A DNA stretch of 64,000 nt, from sequence record OV754623. One strand, written 5' to 3'. Below the pieces are notes generated by a model. The model was not told where the DNA came from, did not search any database, and saw only the letters and a program-made list of their open reading frames with translations. Source of the stretch: Escherichia phage UGJNEcP1. The translations under genes and the position numbers were made by a program. Below are positions 8,790 to 17,200 of this stretch, piece after piece. How positions within the stretch are numbered: position 1 is the stretch's first letter; each line of letters begins with the position of its first letter.

Positions 8790-9013
8790 TTAGGTTCACC
8801 TTCTTTAACGAAATCTGGGTAAGGGTAAAATCCTGAGTAAAACCCTTCACCTTTATGATTGCTACAACCTTTGTTCGAACAGTAACACCAATAATCAAAA
8901 TCACAAGCCATTTCGTCATTGCATAAAGCAAAAACTACAGGCCATTCGCATTTTTCGCATTTAGCACCTGTAAGAATTTTTGTTTGACTCATAGCCATGT
9001 CACCTTTAAGCAA
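8786..9013 (-). CDS. Cys-rich small protein (putative zinc-binding)
   Basis: CEKCEW...CNDEMAC...CYCSNKGC pattern. Confidence 0.5.
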   Translation of the reverse strand: MLKGDMAMSQTKILTGAKCEKCEWPVVFALCNDEMACDFDYWCYCSNKGCSNHKGEGFYSGFYPYPDFVKEGEPK

Positions 9014-9216
9014 TATTCTTCTACATGTTGTTTACGGCCTTTCTTATCAATAAAGGTATATTCAACGAATGTTCCGATGTAGTCTTTATCTACGTCATGT
9101 GGACTATTAATTGGACATTTGGTACGACAAATGCGTTCCCATTGACGAATAATTACTGCCTTATTCTTTGGATCATATGGATGTGGATAATGTATATTCA
9201 TAATAACGGTTCCCAA
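8989..9216 (-). CDS. hypothetical protein (75 aa)
   Basis: ORF on coding strand. Confidence 0.45.
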   Translation of the reverse strand: MGTVIMNIHYPHPYDPKNKAVIIRQWERICRTKCPINSPHDVDKDYIGTFVEYTFIDKKGRKQHVEEYCLKVTWL

Positions 9217-9695
9217 TCAACAATCACAATTTCCAGTTTAGTGGAATACGTATCTAAAATCTCTTCGATGACGTCCCAGTTTCCACCACCGATACCTGCA
9301 CCAATTCTTGGCATATAAATTACAGGCTTTGTTATCTTATTCTTTCCGAATTCATTTAATTCTGTTATACAATTCATTAAAGCAGAGTACTCAAAATTAG
9401 GTCCGGGCTCAAACTGCGTATAAAGATTAAAGCAATAAGCTTTATGGGTCTTAAAATATTTTTCATAAACCGAATAAGTCCCGAGTTTAGACTCGTCTCC
9501 GAATTCGGTTTGAAGTTTATCGGCTTCCAGAATTTTTGGATAAGCCTTTGCTAATTGTCCTGCCACACCGGCGCCCATTGTATGAAAACAATTACACCCA
9601 TGAGCAATATTATTACCTTTAGAAAACAGGGCGACAATATCGCCCTTGATATAGTTTTTAATCACTTGCTGCAAGTCCTCTAGTATAAGAGTCAA
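9198..9695 (-). CDS. macro-domain protein (ADP-ribose binding/processing fold)
   Basis: HGCNCFHTMGAGVAGQLAKAYP and IYMPRIGAGIGGGNW resemble the two glycine-rich loops of macro domains. Confidence 0.55.
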   Translation of the reverse strand: MTLILEDLQQVIKNYIKGDIVALFSKGNNIAHGCNCFHTMGAGVAGQLAKAYPKILEADKLQTEFGDESKLGTYSVYEKYFKTHKAYCFNLYTQFEPGPNFEYSALMNCITELNEFGKNKITKPVIYMPRIGAGIGGGNWDVIEEILDTYSTKLEIVIVDWEPLL

Positions 9696-10005
9696 CTAGA
9701 CGGTCCACCATAGAATTGCATGCTGCCTTATCTTTAGGTTCCGCCACCGAGCATTCTAATATTTGCCATTTTTTATAGTATCTTTTAATTAAGGTAGACG
9801 CCTTGAACCTACTAGACGCCCCATCTTTTTCTCCGTCTTTATACGCATATAACAATTTTTGTGAAAAATCTACTTTACACTCTTGACTTTTACCACAGTA
9901 ATCAGACGCCGTTCTGTTTGTATACTCCGTTACATCAGTATATGTAGTATTAGCAAGAGCGTTAAATGAAACCAAGCCAACTATTAAAGCCAACATTTTG
10001 GTCAT
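9658..10005 (-). CDS. secreted small protein (115 aa, signal peptide)
   Basis: MTKMLALIVGLVSFNALA leader. Confidence 0.5.
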   Translation of the reverse strand: MTKMLALIVGLVSFNALANTTYTDVTEYTNRTASDYCGKSQECKVDFSQKLLYAYKDGEKDGASSRFKASTLIKRYYKKWQILECSVAEPKDKAACNSMVDRLVDSYTRGLAASD

Positions 10006-10544
10006 TCTTTTATTTCCAGTAGTTTATTTGATTTAAGGTAATTAGCCTTTTCTAGGACTTCAGAAGCATATTTACTTCCAGCACTTGTCTTCCATCCCGC
10101 ATTATATGAGGATATAGCTTTTCTTATATCCCCGTTATGTATATTTAACCAATAAGAAAATTCGATATAAGCCCATCTGGCTGAATTAGACCGCTTAGAT
10201 AGCATTTTCTTAATTTGGGCATCAGTCATATTATAACCAAGCTGGTTAATTCTTGCCCTCATTGTTGGTAGATAATTTTGGAACATTCCATACGCATGGT
10301 GACCTTTCTTATCTTTAAGATTAATACCGGCAGATGATTCTTGCCATAGTATTGCGGCCATTATGTATCCAAGTCCTTTCTTATGCATATTTTCATGCGT
10401 TTTAAATTTTCCATCCTTAGAAAACTGTTCCCCAAACTGATAAGCATAATTCAAGTTATCGAGTTGGACATTACTAAAAGTATGCTCGGAGCTATGTGCT
10501 GATAATGAAAGAGCAAATAGACCAGCGAGTAGTGCTTTTCTCAT
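10002..10544 (-). CDS. secreted lytic transglycosylase-like protein (SLT-like)
   Basis: Signal peptide plus E-S...YGMFQ...YNAG spacing typical of SLT/lysozyme-like folds. Confidence 0.5.
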   Translation of the reverse strand: MRKALLAGLFALSLSAHSSEHTFSNVQLDNLNYAYQFGEQFSKDGKFKTHENMHKKGLGYIMAAILWQESSAGINLKDKKGHHAYGMFQNYLPTMRARINQLGYNMTDAQIKKMLSKRSNSARWAYIEFSYWLNIHNGDIRKAISSYNAGWKTSAGSKYASEVLEKANYLKSNKLLEIKE

Positions 10545-10552
10545 GTTTACCT

Positions 10553-11011
10553 CTAGATTTTAATCACTGCTTTAGAAGCTTTTCCTGGTAGTCGTTTATT
10601 GTTAATAATAGCCATTCTGCATTGAAGAGTCTTCATTTTGAATGCTGGATTTTCGCGACAAACTGTAAGTCCTAACCAAAGATTTCCATCAGTTATTTCT
10701 AAACGGCCTGGGCGATATTCGACACCTTCGACAAAATCTTCATCAACATCTGGACGTGCCGGCATTGATAAAAATTCTGCAACTTCTTTAACATGATTTT
10801 TTACTTTATGAAATAATTCAAAAACGTAATTCTCATCTATTTCTCTCTGGATGGCACGATCTAAGAGATGTTGAGAATACTTGATATGAAAGCCTGGTAG
10901 TCCAAGAGACTTTGCAGCATCTTTTATACTGGCATTTATTTTGCGGAACTCCGTTTCAAAGATTCGACGGAGTTTATTACGGCGGATAAAAACGTCTGAA
11001 TTGATAGTCAT
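10553..11011 (-). CDS. regB: RegB site-specific endoribonuclease
   Basis: 152 aa; MTINSDVFIRRNKLRR...GRLEITDGNLWLG...RLPGKASKAVIK matches T4 RegB as recalled. Confidence 0.8.
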   Translation of the reverse strand: MTINSDVFIRRNKLRRIFETEFRKINASIKDAAKSLGLPGFHIKYSQHLLDRAIQREIDENYVFELFHKVKNHVKEVAEFLSMPARPDVDEDFVEGVEYRPGRLEITDGNLWLGLTVCRENPAFKMKTLQCRMAIINNKRLPGKASKAVIKI

Positions 11012-11030
11012 TTTGATTTCTCCTCTAGTT

Positions 11031-11068
11031 GACAGGTCTATAGTAACACAACTAGAGGAGAAGTAAAC
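11031..11068 (-). promoter_or_regulatory. PeSL-type early promoter upstream of regB with SD-complementary spacer
   Basis: ACTAGAGGAG at 11051-11060 is the inverted repeat of the regB ribosome-binding region at 11021-11030. Confidence 0.6.
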
Positions 11069-11367
11069 TACTCTTTGAAAGGAATTAACTTTTTAACTGC
11101 TTTAGATACTTCGTCACGAACCTGGTGGAAGTTCTTGAGCTGTTCAAGGCGTTGTTCGTAATACGCAATCTCATCTTCTTCAAGACAATCGTCAGCGTCT
11201 TCTTTCAGATATGCCTTGTACTCATTAAAGAGGGCCCATAGGCGATTCTCAAAGTCATCAAGGCTTTGAATTTTCTTGTGCTTCGGAACAAGGCCAAAAG
11301 GATTGCTTTCAGTTATGCGTCGAGATGCTTCATAATGAGTTCCAAAGCCTGATAGGATTTGAGCCAT
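11068..11367 (-). CDS. hypothetical protein (~100 aa)
   Basis: ORF; start placed at MAQIL to give ATGA-type junction. Confidence 0.45.
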   Translation of the reverse strand: MAQILSGFGTHYEASRRITESNPFGLVPKHKKIQSLDDFENRLWALFNEYKAYLKEDADDCLEEDEIAYYEQRLEQLKNFHQVRDEVSKAVKKLIPFKE

Positions 11368-11612
11368 TAGTATTTTTCCTCTGGTTGAAATACCGCACGA
11401 CAAGCCCACATACTAGCTTCCTTTAGGCGTTCTTTAGCACAGTTCAATTGGGACAAAGCCGTCAGAGCTTCAGGAGTATTTGCTGATAATGCTTCTTCTG
11501 CCAGGGCGTCTAGAATAAGTCCTAAACGAACTTCGGCATCTTTAATAGCGTTCACTTTACCGATTTTATCATCGGTATGCGGCTTGTAGCCTTTAATATC
11601 TTCAATCGACAT
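11367..11612 (-). CDS. hypothetical protein (~81 aa)
   Basis: Internal Met start ([10 protein letters not shown]) avoids overlap with upstream ORF. Confidence 0.4.
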   Translation of the reverse strand: MSIEDIKGYKPHTDDKIGKVNAIKDAEVRLGLILDALAEEALSANTPEALTALSQLNCAKERLKEASMWACRAVFQPEEKY

Positions 11613-11826
11613 AAGGAATTTCCTCATCAGTGGCAAGGTCATATTCGACCAATTGGATAGGCTCATTAATACCATATCCACGTACAGTGATATCAGTTGT
11701 CGGATAGTTTCCAGTAATATCACCCATTCTAAATGCTTCAATGAATGATTGCTCGCCTGAGCAACTAAACCAGGCGGCAAAACATTTTAAAACATCTTCA
11801 GACCCTTCTATAATCAATTTAGCCAT
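11602..11826 (-). CDS. hypothetical protein (74 aa)
   Basis: ORF with ATGA overlap to the GrcA-like gene. Confidence 0.45.
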   Translation of the reverse strand: MAKLIIEGSEDVLKCFAAWFSCSGEQSFIEAFRMGDITGNYPTTDITVRGYGINEPIQLVEYDLATDEEIPYVD

Positions 11827-12188
11827 TATAGACTCTCAGTAAAGGTACGAGCGATAACGTCGCGCTGCTGTTCCGGAGTCAGAGAGTTAAAGCGAACTGC
11901 ATAACCGGATACACGGATGGTCAGCTGCGGATATTTTTCTGGATGCTTAACTGCATCTTCCAGAGTTTCGCGACGCAGAACGTTAACGTTCAGGTGTTGA
12001 CCACCTTCAATTTTAACTTTAGGTTGATGTTCAATTTCAATTTCACGGGCATTCAAACCGTAGAAAATTTCCGGGTCTACAATAGCGTCTTCTTTAAAAG
12101 TCTTAGAGACAATAATCCGGGCTTGAGTACCGTCTTCAAAATAAATAGTGCCTTTGTGTTCACCTTCAAGAATTTGATATGCTTTCAT
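11826..12188 (-). CDS. autonomous glycyl-radical cofactor (GrcA/YfiD-like)
   Basis: C-terminal [25 protein letters not shown] glycyl-radical motif; 3' half of the gene is markedly GC-richer than phage background. Confidence 0.8.
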   Translation of the reverse strand: MKAYQILEGEHKGTIYFEDGTQARIIVSKTFKEDAIVDPEIFYGLNAREIEIEHQPKVKIEGGQHLNVNVLRRETLEDAVKHPEKYPQLTIRVSGYAVRFNSLTPEQQRDVIARTFTESL

Positions 12189-12194
12189 ATAACC

Positions 12195-12503
12195 TCAATT
12201 AGAAAATAAATTTATCCAAGATTTTTCTTTAATCAAAAATGGGTCGGAATTAAACGCCATTAAACTTTGAGTGATTAATCCTTTAAATGGCCCATCAATA
12301 AATTCCATTTTGAAATGTGGAATACTAGTCATCAACCGTGCATTAGGAGCAGTACAAAGAACCTGCTGCCCTGCAAACGGTCCTTTAGTCAAACGATAAC
12401 GTTTAGGTTTAAAATGATAAATCTCGTAATTTTCTACAAGAGCCCTTTTATTGCATACTGGGCTGTTATAACAATACTCAAAAACTTCAATAGTGGTCAT
12501 CAT
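12195..12503 (-). CDS. hypothetical protein (~102 aa)
   Basis: ATG overlapping upstream stop (ATGATGA at 12497-12503). Confidence 0.45.
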   Translation of the reverse strand: MMTTIEVFEYCYNSPVCNKRALVENYEIYHFKPKRYRLTKGPFAGQQVLCTAPNARLMTSIPHFKMEFIDGPFKGLITQSLMAFNSDPFLIKEKSWINLFSN

Positions 12504-13039
12504 TGCATTCCAATCACAAAAAATTGAGGACGAGCAATACCACCGATGCAATATTTGCTTTTGCAACAGTGTTGGACTGTTTTAATATGGATGTCGTAAA
12601 TCTTATCCATATCAGGAGCTTTAATAGGCTCGTCAATTATGTACAGAATACGAGAAAGCGTTAATCCACGGAATTTATGTCCTTCATTACCAATAAAACT
12701 ACGGACAGAATCAGTAAATAAACGGAATCTAATATCATCGCTAGAATAACGAGAAAATTCTTTTTTAATGTTGCCAACAGAAATTTTAGCATAAGCTGAA
12801 GTATTAGAAAGAACAATAACTGTTCCACCATCATACAGCCAATTAACAGCAAAATTAGTTACTGCGGTCGATTTACCAGATTGCCTGCCGCCGTCTAAAC
12901 GAAGTGTACAGTACTGCTTGAGTACGTCTTCAAATGGTGGGGCATAACCGTTCTTACAAATTTCTTCTACTCTAGCATCAGAATGGTGTGTAAAAGCATT
13001 CATCAGGGATAGATAAGGTCCGGTTAAAAATGTTCTCAT
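12500..13039 (-). CDS. small P-loop NTPase (Walker A GGRQSGKST, Walker B ILYIIDEP)
   Basis: Motifs read from translation; preceded by an unusual GC-rich ~170-nt leader. Confidence 0.55.
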   Translation of the reverse strand: MRTFLTGPYLSLMNAFTHHSDARVEEICKNGYAPPFEDVLKQYCTLRLDGGRQSGKSTAVTNFAVNWLYDGGTVIVLSNTSAYAKISVGNIKKEFSRYSSDDIRFRLFTDSVRSFIGNEGHKFRGLTLSRILYIIDEPIKAPDMDKIYDIHIKTVQHCCKSKYCIGGIARPQFFVIGMQ

Positions 13040-13212
13040 TTAGTTTCTCTTTTAGGTTGGGCCATTCCGTGGCACATGTTAGGTCCTTCGACTCGCTATG
13101 TAAACCCATTACCGCACTTGGGCTCGACCTTATTACAGGTTGGAAAAGGTACATCACTCAGAGGACTCGACGTTCATGAGGAGAGGTTGCGTTTCCCTTT
13201 ATTAGGCAAGAA

Positions 13213-13542
13213 TTATACTCTAGGCTTTTGAGCTTGTTTGGTATTGGATTCCCATGCAGCTTTGGTAATTTTGTTAGCGGCATAACCAAAGGCACTAGAT
13301 AGAACACCTTTAGAGTTGAATACATCCAATCCAATAAGTACACCGGCTGTGTTAAATTTAGGAGCAAAGTACGCATTAGTTTTAGAAAGAGCTTTTTTCA
13401 ATTCAGGGTCTTGAACCAAACCATCAAAAACGCCTTTACTATTTACTTTATATGTTACTTTGGGATTTTTACCTTCTTCGATAGCAGCTTTCTGTTCCGC
13501 AGATAATGTAACTTCAGTGATAAACTCTTGATACGTTTTCAT
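13213..13542 (-). CDS. internal-protein-like (capsid-targeting leader MKTYQEFITE)
   Basis: N-terminus matches the T4 internal-protein capsid targeting sequence ending in the prohead-protease site I/L-x-E. Confidence 0.7.
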   Translation of the reverse strand: MKTYQEFITEVTLSAEQKAAIEEGKNPKVTYKVNSKGVFDGLVQDPELKKALSKTNAYFAPKFNTAGVLIGLDVFNSKGVLSSAFGYAANKITKAAWESNTKQAQKPRV

Positions 13543-13567
13543 TTTGTTCCTATTGTTTTAATTTATG

Positions 13568-13882
13568 TTATTCTTTAGGGAAGTTTTTAGAGTATGCATC
13601 ATAAAGTTTATTACCGATGCGACGGAAGACTTTAGCTGCAAAACGGTTTTCAGGGTTTTTAATCATGATTTGCATCATGTAAGTTCCTGCATCCGAAAGA
13701 GCTTCTTCATAGTACCCATTAATTTCTTTAAGGGTCCTACGTTTACCGCCAGGACCATCAACAGTAATTTTCCATTTACCTGTAGAAGTGCGGCTCGGTG
13801 GCTCAACTTGTTCAATCCAAATATAACCGCCTTCAACGCGTTGGTTGGCGGATTCTGCAATAAATTCTTTATACGTTTTCAT
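13568..13882 (-). CDS. internal-protein-like (capsid-targeting leader MKTYKEFIAE)
   Basis: Same N-terminal leader; promoter 13912-13941 upstream. Confidence 0.7.
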   Translation of the reverse strand: MKTYKEFIAESANQRVEGGYIWIEQVEPPSRTSTGKWKITVDGPGGKRRTLKEINGYYEEALSDAGTYMMQIMIKNPENRFAAKVFRRIGNKLYDAYSKNFPKE

Positions 13883-13911
13883 TTTTGTTTCCTTGTTTTT
13901 TTGATAGAGTA

Positions 13912-13941
13912 ATTATACCATATTAATACTTAAGCGTAAAC
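13912..13941 (-). promoter_or_regulatory. early promoter GTTTAC-18-TATAAT
   Basis: Consensus hexamers upstream of internal-protein-like gene. Confidence 0.6.
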
Positions 13942-13944
13942 AAT

Positions 13945-14061
13945 TTAAGCTTTACCGCCAGAAATAATTCCGAAGTTGTTAAAATCGTATCCAATATCGT
14001 CAACATCTACTTTAGGACCTTTGGCATCTGCTTCAATGATAAATTCTTGATACATTTTCAT
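13945..14061 (-). CDS. mini internal-protein-like peptide (38 aa; leader MKMYQEFIIE)
   Basis: ATG with AAGGAAAA Shine-Dalgarno; leader followed by 28-aa Gly-rich tail. Confidence 0.45.
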   Translation of the reverse strand: MKMYQEFIIEADAKGPKVDVDDIGYDFNNFGIISGGKA

Positions 14062-14067
14062 TTTTCC

Positions 14068-14481
14068 TTAGTAAATTGATTTACCATAGTATTTGTACCA
14101 AGTCGGACGTTGAGCAATTTTTTCATCTAAGCGTGCTTGACTTATCGCAATGGACGCTTCGGACGGGACATAATTATTACGAAATTCGGCAGGGATGTCG
14201 GAAATATCCTGGACTGTCGTGTCCTTGATTTTGAAACCACGTTTCAAACATTCAGCGATTAGCTCGATTTGTCGTAAACGTAAAAATTCGAGTTTGTCGT
14301 AAAAGAATGTTACGTGACCTGTGCCTAAGATAAATGTTGGAGAGATTTTAAAATCCTTTACACGTTTACCGTTTTGAACATGTTTACGGACTGCACCGAA
14401 TACACGAGGTAATTCACGATACTCAGCCATAAGATGTTGGTCGGTCAGTTCAGAAACAAGTGTTAAATTGATACGGGTCAT
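14068..14481 (-). CDS. denV: endonuclease V (pyrimidine-dimer DNA glycosylase)
   Basis: [12 protein letters not shown]...[17 protein letters not shown]...PTWYKYYGK closely matches T4 DenV as recalled. Confidence 0.9.
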   Translation of the reverse strand: MTRINLTLVSELTDQHLMAEYRELPRVFGAVRKHVQNGKRVKDFKISPTFILGTGHVTFFYDKLEFLRLRQIELIAECLKRGFKIKDTTVQDISDIPAEFRNNYVPSEASIAISQARLDEKIAQRPTWYKYYGKSIY

Positions 14482-14500
14482 AATTTCCTCCAAGTAGTTG

Positions 14501-14538
14501 ATGAATGTATAGTATCAAAACCCTTGGAGGAAGTAAAC
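14501..14538 (-). promoter_or_regulatory. PeSL-type early promoter upstream of denV with SD-complementary spacer
   Basis: CTTGGAGG at 14524-14531 complementary to the denV Shine-Dalgarno region CCTCCAAG at 14488-14495. Confidence 0.6.
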
Positions 14539-14539
14539 A

Positions 14540-14836
14540 CTATTTTTCTGAAGCGCCTGAAATATATTTTTCAAGACGTTGTTTCATCAGCGAACCGTTC
14601 TTAGCGATTTCTTCCGGTTTATCGCACATACGTAACAAGGCTTCAAGCTTAGCGATATCGCTGGTACGTTCAAATTTGCGAGTATCTATCTTACTAGCAA
14701 GTTCAGAAATACGTGCTAATAGACTTTCAGCTTCAACCAAAGCTGCACCTAGCTTAGTCGCAAATGTGTCAGTAGCTTCGTTAAGAATAGATTCTGATAA
14801 AAATTCACTATATGTTTTCATATATACGCTTTCCAA
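14540..14836 (-). CDS. internal protein (IPII/IPIII position; leader [10 protein letters not shown])
   Basis: Capsid-targeting leader; located between denV and e where T4 has ipII/ipIII. Confidence 0.7.
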   Translation of the reverse strand: MESVYMKTYSEFLSESILNEATDTFATKLGAALVEAESLLARISELASKIDTRKFERTSDIAKLEALLRMCDKPEEIAKNGSLMKQRLEKYISGASEK

Positions 14837-15306
14837 GTTCCTGTTTTAAATGTTGAGATTACGCGTTTCGCGCGATTAGGTGTCTGACGATACCATTTAG
14901 ATTGGGCTAGATTTACTGCCGCTTCATCCCAACGTTTCTGTTGAAGCATACGAAGAGAATTAGTAAAACCGGCTACGCCTGATACACCCATTTGGAAGAC
15001 CATATTGACCAATGCACACCGACGAACTGCATCTAAAGAATCGTATACCGGTTTAAGTTTAGCATTACCCAAGATTCCACGAACGGCTTTATCAACGTCT
15101 TCATTAAATAGCTTTTCAGCCTCATCAAGGGTAATTGTACCGTTGCATTTACGACCGATCATTCTGTCAAGTTCAGCTTTAGCTACGGCTAAAGACGGGT
15201 TCTTTGTTACCAAATGGCCTATGCCAATCGTCCAAAAGCCTTCAGTGTCTTTGTATAAAGTCAGTCTAAGACCTTCGTCATTACGAAGCATTTCAAATAT
15301 ATTCAT
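14818..15306 (-). CDS. e: lysozyme (endolysin), T4 e type
   Basis: MNIFEMLR...DEGLRL..YKDTEG..TIGIGHL...[13 protein letters not shown], 162 aa; start placed at MNIFEML. Confidence 0.95.
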   Translation of the reverse strand: MNIFEMLRNDEGLRLTLYKDTEGFWTIGIGHLVTKNPSLAVAKAELDRMIGRKCNGTITLDEAEKLFNEDVDKAVRGILGNAKLKPVYDSLDAVRRCALVNMVFQMGVSGVAGFTNSLRMLQQKRWDEAAVNLAQSKWYRQTPNRAKRVISTFKTGTWKAYI

Positions 15307-15331
15307 AATACCTCCCACGTTTATAGGAGGT
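15304..15331 (-). promoter_or_regulatory. hairpin sequestering the lysozyme e ribosome-binding site
   Basis: ACCTCC...GGAGGT inverted repeat spans the GGAGG Shine-Dalgarno and ATG of e. Confidence 0.5.
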
Positions 15332-15340
15332 ATTTATTAC

Positions 15341-15799
15341 TTATAGGAGGGTAGTGAGCACCTTATATAATGATTTGCCCATTACATATTCCCATTGAGA
15401 AGGTTTAATTAAAGCGAATGCATCAAATTCAGGAATCTGTCGTCCGTCTGGGAATGTATGATAGGAATTACAAACACTGTTTCTGAATTGCTCGTGCTCT
15501 ACAGGGATGGTATATTGGAACAGATGAATATTCTTATTGTCTGAGTAATGATGTTCACCTAGGTCTTTCAGGAAGGCAGGGTCATATTGTGTAAACCCAG
15601 TTTCTTCTTCACATTCGCGAATAGCGGCTTCAATAGGAGATTCACCAGGTTCGACACGTCCTTTAGGAATATCCCACCGATGAGCTAATGCACCTTTAGG
15701 ACGAGAACCAGTTACACGCCCCATGAATAATTCTTTATCTTCGGTAAGGAAAATAATACCGGCTGATAGTTCTTTCACTTTATTTTTCTTACTCATCAT
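15341..15799 (-). CDS. nudE: Nudix hydrolase
   Basis: Nudix box GRVEPGESPIEAAIRECEEETG; position adjacent to e. Confidence 0.85.
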   Translation of the reverse strand: MMSKKNKVKELSAGIIFLTEDKELFMGRVTGSRPKGALAHRWDIPKGRVEPGESPIEAAIRECEEETGFTQYDPAFLKDLGEHHYSDNKNIHLFQYTIPVEHEQFRNSVCNSYHTFPDGRQIPEFDAFALIKPSQWEYVMGKSLYKVLTTLL

Positions 15800-16025
15800 C
15801 TCGGTCCCATGATTTGGCCATTAATTCGGACATAAATTCTTCAATGCGCGTTTCTTTAGATGGACTTTCACTATTAGAGACCGCAAGTTTGTAATCTGCA
15901 ATAGGACGGAACAAATCAAGGTCCGTATTAAGGTCGTCTTTGATTTTTTCTTCTGACACATCTTTATCGTATGTGTACAGATAACTATCACATGATTCTG
16001 ATTTAATGTAAATTGCTATACTCAT
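15789..16025 (-). CDS. hypothetical acidic protein (~78 aa)
   Basis: ATGA junction with upstream gene. Confidence 0.45.
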   Translation of the reverse strand: MSIAIYIKSESCDSYLYTYDKDVSEEKIKDDLNTDLDLFRPIADYKLAVSNSESPSKETRIEEFMSELMAKSWDRDDE

Positions 16026-16513
16026 CTCAAATTCCTGCATTCGGTAATAAAACGTTCAACTTCATTATTCTTGGCCTTTATCCTGTCTTTACGTTCCTGT
16101 AAACTACTTTTAACAAGATTAATAATGATGGCGGCGGTACCGCCGCCAATGATGCCACCAACAACACTTATTATACTAGATGCTAATAAGATAGCAATAA
16201 TATCAACAAAACCGAAAGAACTCACCTTAGTACTAAAAAACCATACCGACGGTACAAATATAATCCATCCTGTTATCCATTGGCACTTATTGAAAAACTT
16301 TTCAAGCTCAGCTTGAGTTGTTCGTATTACTTCATCGATAGGTTGATATCCATTAATGTATCTGTTCACGATAATACCTGCTGGCTGGTCGATTTTAAAT
16401 TCTTGGCAAATATGTTTCACTAAATAGGATGGACAGGATGTCCAATCTACTGAATAGTATGAAATACCTTCATTGCCATCGTCTATATTAGACCAATATG
16501 TTTTGTTAATCAT
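16022..16513 (-). CDS. membrane protein with C-terminal ERFITECR motif
   Basis: Hydrophobic and Gly-rich helices (IIAILLASSIISVVGGIIGGG) plus shared C-terminal motif. Confidence 0.55.
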   Translation of the reverse strand: MINKTYWSNIDDGNEGISYYSVDWTSCPSYLVKHICQEFKIDQPAGIIVNRYINGYQPIDEVIRTTQAELEKFFNKCQWITGWIIFVPSVWFFSTKVSSFGFVDIIAILLASSIISVVGGIIGGGTAAIIINLVKSSLQERKDRIKAKNNEVERFITECRNLR

Positions 16514-17199
16514 TACCAGCCTTCCATAGGGAATTCCAGATAAACTTGGGCATTTACACGAATTTCATTGGTAATCTTTTTAACTCGGTCTGTATTACGA
16601 GATACACGTCCGAACCAACGCCATCCATTACTAATTGCACGAGAACCGGTGTGCCATGTTTGCCAATCAAACTGAAGAAGAGTACGGTCTGGAGCTTCCC
16701 ATTTCTCTAGTTCGCCTTTTTCGATTTTTTCGAGGACTTCTTTGTGCCACTGGCGATAGATAAGTTCGCCATCAGGAATCTGACTGAACTCTGCAGTTCC
16801 TGTTGCAAAATGAGTAGGACACACATCAGCGTTAACAAGACCAAGAATATGTTCAGAATGGTAACGAGGGTTGTCATAGTCAGGTTGTCCTGCAGTAATA
16901 AAGTGTTGACCAACCGGAATATCCGGGCGTGGTACATCGTCATGATGATATCCAGGAATAGCAGGGTACCAACCAGGCATCAGCATGTGGACTCGTGAAT
17001 CAAATACAACTTGATCGTTATTCCAATCATCAGGCAAGTTCATAATGAAAGAGCGAGTAATAGGACCGCCGTTATTATAAGCAAATTCTAAACTACAGTT
17101 GAAGAACATAGGCTCGTTTTTAATCTGGTCGTTTTTAATCGCATGAGCAAAACCACCTACTGCACGAGCTTGACTATTAAACACTTTAGAACTATTCAT
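16513..17199 (-). CDS. hypothetical protein (228 aa), possible H-x-D...H metal-binding enzyme
   Basis: YHHDDV and distal His residues; assignment tentative. Confidence 0.5.
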   Translation of the reverse strand: MNSSKVFNSQARAVGGFAHAIKNDQIKNEPMFFNCSLEFAYNNGGPITRSFIMNLPDDWNNDQVVFDSRVHMLMPGWYPAIPGYHHDDVPRPDIPVGQHFITAGQPDYDNPRYHSEHILGLVNADVCPTHFATGTAEFSQIPDGELIYRQWHKEVLEKIEKGELEKWEAPDRTLLQFDWQTWHTGSRAISNGWRWFGRVSRNTDRVKKITNEIRVNAQVYLEFPMEGW

Positions 17200-17200
17200 A

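Noticed and set aside
13158-13376. Track ORF 13158..13376 (72 aa)
   Set aside because: It begins in the GC-rich non-coding leader and overlaps, in another frame, the internal-protein-like gene 13213..13542, which has a diagnostic N-terminal leader.
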